Positions 14,046 through 21,402 of a DNA stretch of 49,580 bases are shown here, in pieces. The position numbers and the translations under genes are program-made. This stretch comes from Bigelowiella natans CCMP2755 (Eukaryota > Protista > Cercozoa). Positions within the stretch are counted from its first letter, which is position 1; each line of letters opens with the position of its first letter. The notes under the pieces were generated by a model. That model saw only the letters and a list, made by a program, of their open reading frames with translations, was not told the origin of the DNA and ran no database searches. The DNA is taken from contig ADNK01000560.1 of NCBI GenBank assembly GCA_000320545.1, positions 1 through 49,580 of the forward strand, written 5' to 3'.

Positions 14046-14806
14046 TATATTTTTATACAATTTTTAGGTGCCGTTCTTCTTCCTGATGCTCTTCAGTCCG
14101 TTGGCCTTCGTAATGGTGGTTGTCGTCTGCATAATAAGCCCCCTTTTCTTCTGTTGTTTCTGGTAATGTATAGTGCTAGTTCGTCGCCACCAAACCAACG
14201 TATAGCTACAACAACATCAACAACTACTGCTACTGCTACTTCTACTACTGCAGCAGTTGTAACTACCACCAAGCCCGTATTATAAGGCTATTCGCTTAGT
14301 TGAAGCAAGCTAATGGCTTTCATCTGAGCCTGAGTGAAAAATCACTTCTACCATCGCACGTTCATAGACCCCCTATCACTATTTAGCTTCGCTCGGGAGG
14401 AGGACGACTGTGTGCACAACTGCGTGCAGTACGCAATGAATATCTTAATATTCGGTCCGATGTTTCTAGTAACGTTGCCATTCTGGCTTCCGTGCATGAT
14501 ATACCACCATTGTGTCATACTGCCTAGAAGACAGCGGATGCAGGAGGAGCAGGAAGAGCAGGTCATTATTGTGCGATGGATAAATAAGTATATGTTTCTA
14601 TGCTGGCTTAGGGTTTCTTAATAGTTTATTTTTCATGTAGCACCTTTGTGACTAAGATGAGATAATACACGTGATACATGTCATTCACGTATATGTAGGC
14701 AAGGCAGTTGGATGCGAGACGTGAGCAACAACAAGAAATGATAGAGGGGCAAGGAATAGCAGGAGATGCGGCAGATTCGCAACTCATCGGACCAAATGCT
14801 GCCTAG
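11055..14806 (+). CDS. RBR (RING-IBR-RING) E3 ubiquitin ligase with C-terminal transmembrane segments (RNF144/RNF19/RNF217-like), multi-exon
   Basis: RING1 CHVC...CGHYYCRSC...C; IBR CPKC...C...C..EFCFVH...H...TC; RING2 KKCPKCGVATEKNQGCNHMTC..CKTGWCWLC, including the catalytic GCNHM Cys. Hydrophobic C-terminal exons; stop TAG at 14804-14806. Confidence 0.9.
12241..12348. repeat. Compound palindromic microsatellite (CA)n(TA)n(TG)n inside an RBR intron
   Basis: Directly visible. Similar compound arrays occur at about 711-768, 1617-1675, 13923-14043, 28565-28605 and 41964-42030. Confidence 0.95.
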
Positions 14807-15686
14807 TTCACTGCGAATGAATGTATAGGTAATAGAAATGGAATCAGCTTCATGTATCGTGTGGAATTAGCTATGCACAAGCATGTGTGGAATCAGCCAT
14901 GCACAAGCAGCTTCCTTGTGTCCATTCCAAAGCGCATGCATCGCCTTGATCTAATTGCATTGTCAGATTTGTACGCGCTGTCAGCAGACACAGTTTTCTC
15001 CAAAGGATGTGGTGCACCTTTTCCATCAGAACCTCCTCTAGTCGTGTGCCGCCTCATGATGATGATGTGTTTTCGATTCCCATTGGACGAGTGCATGCAC
15101 GCAATGCCATCGCTAGTCGCATCAAACTGAAAATTGTCTTTCGCATGTGCCAGTGTGGCGGCAGGCCTGCACATCGTGTGCGCGTCTACACGTGGCTAGA
15201 CGACTGACTGTCACCAGATTGGACAACAGCAGTGGCGTCGATCATCGCAGACTGATCGCTTGCATGCATCCTCATCGCACCACAAGTCCGTCAAACCTGC
15301 AACGAATCGCCAGAATGTGCATTTGGAAGCCACACACAGCTTCCCTTCAATCGGGCAGTGCCGTCGAAACGAGTCGATGGCGCCCGCAATGTCCCGGACT
15401 GAAGGCTGCTGCTCAGCCTTCCGCTCCTTCGTCTCCAGCACGCCTGGTGGAGCACAATCCGGGTCTCCACTTTTCTTGAGCACGTGGGCCCAAGTTCGCA
15501 AAGTTGCCCCTTTGTCCATGCAACGATGAAGTGCAAACTCCCGCGATTCCAAGTCATTGGTCATCACTTTGACCAAGTCATCCACGTTTTCATCGACACC
15601 GTCGCAGTGCAAGACACACTTTGCAACCCGTCGGCTGTCACAAACGTCCAAGTCCCCAAACTGCTCCAAAACATCCTCCATCGTCA

Positions 15687-16012
15687 TGTTGCGCGTAAGG
15701 TGTTCACAGGCCGAGGCGCTACGTGCACAAGTAGGCAGGGGGGGGGAAAGGCACGTTTGCTTCCTTTTGAAGAGTTGTGTTTATTTTTATTAAAGATTAT
15801 ATTTTTATTAAATCGTGCACTGCGTAATCATTCGCGAAGCTTTCGCGAATGCCGCCGCACGTGGGGCAGCACACTTCCGGTGTGCTGCCATGAGTCCCGC
15901 CGGAACCCACGTGCCTATGCTGTATTAATATCTACGTTATCTATATTCTATATCCGCGACAACCCCTTTGTTGTCGCACGTGACTTGTGCCCGCGTAGTG
16001 GTACGCGCTACA
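15687..16012 (-). repeat. 3' LTR (326 bp)
   Basis: TGTTGCGCGTA...TACGCGCTACA (10/11 terminal inverted repeat); identical to 21077-21402. Confidence 0.97.
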
Positions 16013-16020
16013 CCTCCCCC
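16013..16020 (-). other. Polypurine tract
   Basis: GGGGGAGG on the minus strand abutting the 3' LTR, preceded by a second purine run (AAGG)n at about 16032-16049. Confidence 0.8.
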
Positions 16021-16063
16021 AAGTCACGTTGCTCCTTCCTTCCTTCCTTATTCCCTTAGACCT

Positions 16064-19000
16064 TCATCGCTTTCGGAACTTCACCAACCACCAGGTAATA
16101 GATTCCTCTCTAACCTTATCTCCTTTGTCGCTTACCCAGAACTCACCTTCGTCCTTAGGTTCGTGTCCATACCAGCCCTCTGCATCAAGGTCCCCCAGGA
16201 CCTTATACCAGTGCTCAAAGGGTAAGTCGGGAACAGCTAGGTAGAGTAGCTGATATTTTCCGTCCTTTATTTTCATAGCTACCCTCTCCATATTTCGTAA
16301 TCCAGGGTAGCCTAGATAGACAATCTTCATGCGCCAATCGTCGTTCACCCTGACCTTATTGTTTCCATATTCCACATCGAACTTAGGTCGGGGTCCTAAA
16401 CAAGGCATTGCTCGCTCCCACACAGTAGGGTTTACTTTAACATCCTCTAGGAGCTTCTCACCGATATCATAATTCTTTAGGTGACTGATGTGGCGCAAGG
16501 TGACCCTGTTCCCATCATAGATGTAGTACTGCTTCCTCCCCTTCCTCTCGGTAACCTTTGCAACGCCACCCCAGAAGGGGTCTTGTTTATTTCTCGATCT
16601 CAGATTTACCTTGGCCCTAACATACTGTCCTTCCTTTAGAACTCGGCCATCGTACGGGACCTTCTCGTCTTCGCTCTCGGTATCGTCGTCGTTGTCGTCG
16701 CCTTCTTCCCTCTCCTTATCCTTGATACCTCCCCCAGACGTGAAGGTGTCGTTTACTAACCCTTGTATCTTGTCTGGTGTGGTGCTATTTATCCTGCTTA
16801 GGTTGGCCAAGGTGCGGTGGAGTCGCTCTACCTTGGAGTTGGACTGGGCATAGTATACAGGTGAGGCATCAATATTAGGGTGTGGTAGCTGTAGAAGAGA
16901 GGTCTCATTATCCACATGTAACTTCTTTGGTATCTTGTTTATGCTAACTTCATCAGGGATAGCCTGGAGCTCAGACTCCCAGGTACGGTAGCAGTTAGTA
17001 AGCCTCTGCTTATATAAGCCTTTGTTCTTCTTAGCAACGTTGACCTTGATAATCTTTTTAACCCAGCACTTTCCAGTGGCCACATCAACGAAGGTAAGGT
17101 AGTGATAGCCATCGTACTTATAAACATCAATTTGCACGATATCTAAGAAGTTCCTTGCTTTGATTTTCTTAGATGCACGGCTCTTGCTGGACTCCTTGGT
17201 GGCGACGCCTGCCGCCTTCAAGCTGGAGCACCTGCAGCCACGCAGGTATGTCCTTATCTCTTTTAGCTTGTAGGGCCAGTAGTAATGGTAGAGTAGAGCA
17301 GTGATATGGTTTTCTCCTACGTGTGCAGGTCCATGGGCGGTAAAGAGAAGGGCTCCCCTGGTCCGCCGTGGCACGTAGGTACGCCTAACATTATTAGTGT
17401 ATACATATATCCTATCACTAAGTACCTCATGCTTGTGTTTGTATTTATCCAGGTGTTCTTGAAGGTGCTGGAGCTCCTCTGGCTCAGGCAGGAAGTCGCC
17501 GTCCTCGAAGGTAATCGCGTTAACCATAGGGGTGACCTGGGTAGGGACTTTCTTTTCGAACAGCCTGCTGAAATAGTCAGCAAGCTGCTTGTCTCCTGGT
17601 GCGTAGACCACTGTCCTCTTGTCCCTAAACTCTTCCGTGTCCGCCCTCATAGCTGCATACTCATCGTTAGGCGCTTCGAGCTTGCGGTCGATGCCTAGGA
17701 GGGGCTTGTGGTCAGTCATTAAGGTGAAGCTGGGCACCGACAGCAGGTAGTGTCTTAGTTTCCTCTGCGCCTCAGTCATGGCTTTATACTCTCCTTTTGT
17801 AGGGCTGTACTTGGCCTCAGCTGCTGTGCAGGCCCTGCCCCACACCCGTATGATCTGCTGGTCTTGGGTAAGTACAGCGGCCATACCTAGCTTAGACCAG
17901 TCTGTCCATAGGGTAGCTGGTCTAGTAGTGTCTAGCTTAGCATTCAATAGGGTGTTGCTGCATAACTTTATTAGGTTATCGAAGTGGGCATCAAGGCCAG
18001 CCTTGGCCCACACCTTAGCGAAGCTGAGGCCTACAGAGTTCTCCTTCCGGTAAGCAGTAGTAAAAGCAGCTGCAGTCCTAGCGTAGGTAGGGGAGAACCT
18101 ACGTAGTATCCAAGCTGCAGTCTGCAAGAATGACTTTAACTCCTTTGCATTCTTAGGTTTAGGGGCTTGCTGTAGTGCTGCTACTTTCTCGGGGTTTGGG
18201 GTGATGCGGCCTTGCTCCAGGTAATATCCACACCACTTGATTCTTGTAGCTAGGAATGTACACTTCTGCAGTCTAATAGTAAAACCGAAGTGTGCAAACC
18301 TAATAAATATATTTTCCAGGAGGAAGATCTGAGCGACGACTGTGTTGGTACATATTATGTCATCATCCACATACACAAACACAAACACCCACAACACAGA
18401 CGCCATCCCATCATGTGTGTATGCCCTGTAGTTCTGACTACTGAACGCATCCCCTGATATGCTTAGGCCGTAAGGGAATACGACGAAGTGCCACTTCCTG
18501 TGCCTGCTGGAGAACGCGGTAATGGGGCGGGAGGTTTTGTGGATGGGTGTCTGCATGTATGATTCATTTTTATCTAGGGAAGAGTAGTATTTGTATCCTA
18601 TGACGTGTTCAATAACGTCATCTATCCTTGGTGTAGGTGTCTGGATCCTCTTTATTACTCGGTTGTGGCGGATGAAGTTGTGCGCCAGGCGGAAGAAAGG
18701 GTAAGTAGGTTTCTTAGCTAGCACATGTCTCACGTTCCATGGTGAGTTGCTTGGCTCTATCTTCCCTTCCTTTGCCCATTCATTGATCTGCCACTCTATC
18801 TTTTCCCAGTCCGCTTCCGGTCGCCTATGTTCTGGGTCATTGATGATGCACTCTTCGTATCCCTTCTTTAGCTCGATCTTTACTGGGGTAAGCTTGCTGG
18901 AGGGCTTCGTCGTCGGCTTGGTGATGTCAGAGTACTTCTCGTTTAATATTTTATTAATGTACTTTTTGCCTTTGTCGATATCCCAATCATCAGCTGGGGG

Positions 19001-21037
19001 GGTCTTGTCCAGTAGCTCCGTTATCTGTCGGATGGTCTTGCCGGGGTTCTTCTTCCGTAGCTCGGTAGGTGTAGGTAGCTTGTTGTCCGCTAGGTCCATA
19101 AACTCTAACGCATTAACGCTTGACTCAGAGGTCCACTCGTCAAGCCGTATCATGTTCTGGCTGATGGTCCTGCCTGACTTCTTTGGCAACTTAGCAAAGT
19201 ATATCTTGTGATTGTAGAATGATATGATCCCCCCTAATTTTTCTAGGGCATCCTGTCCGAGGAGTAGTTCCATGGATAAAGTCATGGCTACTCGGGTCTT
19301 GATTTGGGTCTCCGCGTCGCTGCCAGGTATCTGTAGCTTTAGCATTAGCTCACCGACGGTCTTCATGGAAGAGCTTCCGTCTGCTTGAGCATATTTACGT
19401 TCTTTCTTAGTCACTTGATCCAATAGTCCTAACCTTCTTACTGTGCTTAGGCTTATGAAGGACTTCGGCATGCTGCCACTATCCCAAAGGGCAGGTAGTT
19501 TCTTGTAGTCTCCGTAGCTGTCTTTAACTTTAACCTTGGTCATAGCAACTTTGATAGTCCTGTTAGCGTCTTCGTCATTAATGTTGCATACTCCTAAGTT
19601 CTTTATGTCGTCTAGGGTCATGGGCTTGTCTTGGTCCTGCGTTGCTGGTACTGCTGTCTTCGTCGGCGCCTGCTTAAGGTGATCTAATATTCCGTTTATC
19701 TGCTGCTGTATAGCATTGATACTGTTCTGCTTTTTGTTCTTATATTTATTGTTCTTCCCGTTGTTGCTGCCTTGCCATTTGCTGTTGTTATATCCTTGTC
19801 CTCTGCCTTTCTTTCTCTTTAACTTCTCGTAGTGTTCGTTGAGCTGCCTGATCGTCATCCTGGGTCGTCCTTCTTTCCTGTCTCTGCAGTCTTTAGCGGT
19901 GTGTTTCCCTTTACGTGAGCAGTATCCGCAACGTCGGTTACCTTCCCTGTCCTTGTACCAGTCTCGCTGCGGCTTAATAGCGTTAATGTTTCCTATGCCA
20001 GGTACCTTAGGGCTGGTAAACTTGCGGTCCTGCTCCTGCTCGCGTAGGGATATAGCCTGCACTGCTGCCTCCATCGTGGTGTAGCCTTTCTCCGTAACGT
20101 AAGTGGATTCCTTTATCTTTAACTTGAACTCTTCAAACCTTGCCTGATCATCACCTGTGTTGTAATTAAAATCATGTAGTTCGTCGATCATATCCTGGAA
20201 GCGCGTGGCAAAGTCTCTAACAGGTTCTCTCTCATGCTGCATCATTGCTCTGTATTTTCTAATAGCCTGGGGTAGGGAGTTAGCATCCTGTTCATTTACA
20301 AAAGCCTTCATTATCGCCTCAACGTCTCGTAGCCCACTAACTGTAGTGTGTATTTTCTCTAGCTGCCTGATCCGGGTCCTGCCTGTCTCGTAAAGGTCCA
20401 TGGCTTGCTTTATTATAGCTAGCCATTTGAGCTTGTCGTTTTCGGTGGGGTTAGGGGTAAAGTCGCAGAGTATACTCCTAGCGTTCTTCCACCACCTCCT
20501 TGCCTCACCTCTTTTCCCGTTGTATTTCGTTATCATAACCGGTGCTGTTTTAACAGACATGAACTGGGTGTTCCGCTGTACCGGCTGCTGCTGCTTGACG
20601 GTGCTCTGGGTCGTCCCCCGCGAGGCGCCCAGACCCCCGTCGTTCCTAAACAAAGCTGCCCACTCTGGAGGTAAGTCTGCTTCGTAATCCATGATGTCCT
20701 GCATGATAGCTGCCCAAACATCATGTGTCTGATACTTGTATTCTATCGATACTTTCAGTTTGGCGTAGTTGCTCGCCCTGGGTCGCAAGGCTCGTAATGC
20801 CATTACGACCTTCTTGCTTTCGGCGGCCACGTCCTCGTCGTCCGCCTCGTAGAAGTTCTCCAGTGCCTCTGCTGCTGCATCTGCTTTCTTAATCCCGGGT
20901 GCTGGTCCCGGCGGTGCCTGTGGAGGTGTTCCTCCTCCTTCCTTAGCGTCCGTATCGCCCTTCCTTTCCTGTTTCTGCTCGTGCCCTTGCACGGCCTGCG
21001 AGCCAAAGTCCTGCTGTTCTTCTAGCTGCTGTGACAT
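16064..21037 (-). CDS. Gag-Pol polyprotein (1657 aa): Gag with zinc knuckle, aspartic protease, RT, RNase H, integrase, C-terminal Dam-like domain
   Basis: Knuckle CGYCSRKGKHTAKDC; protease ALWDSGS; RT LDKNESY...FPYGL...YVDD; RNase H TDWSKLG...E...TDHKPL...ADYFSR; integrase H-H-C-C, QIDV...HVDN...SNSKVERLH; GPY/F-like DPFWGG...HISHLKNY. No stops or frameshifts. Confidence 0.97.
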   Translation of the reverse strand: MSQQLEEQQDFGSQAVQGHEQKQERKGDTDAKEGGGTPPQAPPGPAPGIKKADAAAEALENFYEADDEDVAAESKKVVMALRALRPRASNYAKLKVSIEYKYQTHDVWAAIMQDIMDYEADLPPEWAALFRNDGGLGASRGTTQSTVKQQQPVQRNTQFMSVKTAPVMITKYNGKRGEARRWWKNARSILCDFTPNPTENDKLKWLAIIKQAMDLYETGRTRIRQLEKIHTTVSGLRDVEAIMKAFVNEQDANSLPQAIRKYRAMMQHEREPVRDFATRFQDMIDELHDFNYNTGDDQARFEEFKLKIKESTYVTEKGYTTMEAAVQAISLREQEQDRKFTSPKVPGIGNINAIKPQRDWYKDREGNRRCGYCSRKGKHTAKDCRDRKEGRPRMTIRQLNEHYEKLKRKKGRGQGYNNSKWQGSNNGKNNKYKNKKQNSINAIQQQINGILDHLKQAPTKTAVPATQDQDKPMTLDDIKNLGVCNINDEDANRTIKVAMTKVKVKDSYGDYKKLPALWDSGSMPKSFISLSTVRRLGLLDQVTKKERKYAQADGSSSMKTVGELMLKLQIPGSDAETQIKTRVAMTLSMELLLGQDALEKLGGIISFYNHKIYFAKLPKKSGRTISQNMIRLDEWTSESSVNALEFMDLADNKLPTPTELRKKNPGKTIRQITELLDKTPPADDWDIDKGKKYINKILNEKYSDITKPTTKPSSKLTPVKIELKKGYEECIINDPEHRRPEADWEKIEWQINEWAKEGKIEPSNSPWNVRHVLAKKPTYPFFRLAHNFIRHNRVIKRIQTPTPRIDDVIEHVIGYKYYSSLDKNESYMQTPIHKTSRPITAFSSRHRKWHFVVFPYGLSISGDAFSSQNYRAYTHDGMASVLWVFVFVYVDDDIICTNTVVAQIFLLENIFIRFAHFGFTIRLQKCTFLATRIKWCGYYLEQGRITPNPEKVAALQQAPKPKNAKELKSFLQTAAWILRRFSPTYARTAAAFTTAYRKENSVGLSFAKVWAKAGLDAHFDNLIKLCSNTLLNAKLDTTRPATLWTDWSKLGMAAVLTQDQQIIRVWGRACTAAEAKYSPTKGEYKAMTEAQRKLRHYLLSVPSFTLMTDHKPLLGIDRKLEAPNDEYAAMRADTEEFRDKRTVVYAPGDKQLADYFSRLFEKKVPTQVTPMVNAITFEDGDFLPEPEELQHLQEHLDKYKHKHEVLSDRIYVYTNNVRRTYVPRRTRGALLFTAHGPAHVGENHITALLYHYYWPYKLKEIRTYLRGCRCSSLKAAGVATKESSKSRASKKIKARNFLDIVQIDVYKYDGYHYLTFVDVATGKCWVKKIIKVNVAKKNKGLYKQRLTNCYRTWESELQAIPDEVSINKIPKKLHVDNETSLLQLPHPNIDASPVYYAQSNSKVERLHRTLANLSRINSTTPDKIQGLVNDTFTSGGGIKDKEREEGDDNDDDTESEDEKVPYDGRVLKEGQYVRAKVNLRSRNKQDPFWGGVAKVTERKGRKQYYIYDGNRVTLRHISHLKNYDIGEKLLEDVKVNPTVWERAMPCLGPRPKFDVEYGNNKVRVNDDWRMKIVYLGYPGLRNMERVAMKIKDGKYQLLYLAVPDLPFEHWYKVLGDLDAEGWYGHEPKDEGEFWVSDKGDKVREESITWWLVKFRKR

Positions 21038-21053
21038 TGTTAGTCAAATCGTT

Positions 21054-21071
21054 TCCCGTGTGTGGAAGCCA
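21054..21071 (-). other. Putative primer-binding site (tRNA-Glu/Asp-like 3' end)
   Basis: TGGCTTCCACACACGGGA, the complement of a ...TCCCGTGTGTGGAAGCCA tRNA-like end, 5 nt downstream of the 5' LTR. The tRNA identity is not verified. Confidence 0.6.
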
Positions 21072-21076
21072 AAGGT

Positions 21077-21402
21077 TGTTGCGCGTAAGGTGTTCACAGG
21101 CCGAGGCGCTACGTGCACAAGTAGGCAGGGGGGGGGAAAGGCACGTTTGCTTCCTTTTGAAGAGTTGTGTTTATTTTTATTAAAGATTATATTTTTATTA
21201 AATCGTGCACTGCGTAATCATTCGCGAAGCTTTCGCGAATGCCGCCGCACGTGGGGCAGCACACTTCCGGTGTGCTGCCATGAGTCCCGCCGGAACCCAC
21301 GTGCCTATGCTGTATTAATATCTACGTTATCTATATTCTATATCCGCGACAACCCCTTTGTTGTCGCACGTGACTTGTGCCCGCGTAGTGGTACGCGCTA
21401 CA
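21077..21402 (-). repeat. 5' LTR (326 bp)
   Basis: Identical to 15687-16012; followed on the minus strand by the PBS and, 39 nt later, the gag ATG. Confidence 0.97.

Larger units (their letters stand above)
15687..21402 (-). mobile_element. Full-length, very recent Ty3/Gypsy-type LTR retrotransposon (5716 bp)
   Basis: Two 326-bp LTRs identical on base-by-base reading, TG...CA termini, GTCA target duplication (15683-15686 and 21403-21406), PBS, PPT, and a single gag-pol ORF in PR-RT-RH-IN order. Confidence 0.97.

Noticed and set aside
14852-15686. Many overlapping Cys/His-rich ORFs here and at 21358-23400 and 26521-27458
   Set aside because: Loss of TA removes TAA/TAG stops and converts Tyr to Cys/His, so long overlapping ORFs appear in all frames; they are not metal-binding proteins.
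15484-16059. Plus-strand ORFs through the LTRs (also 21060-21470)
   Set aside because: Antisense read-through of the non-coding LTR with no protein-like features.
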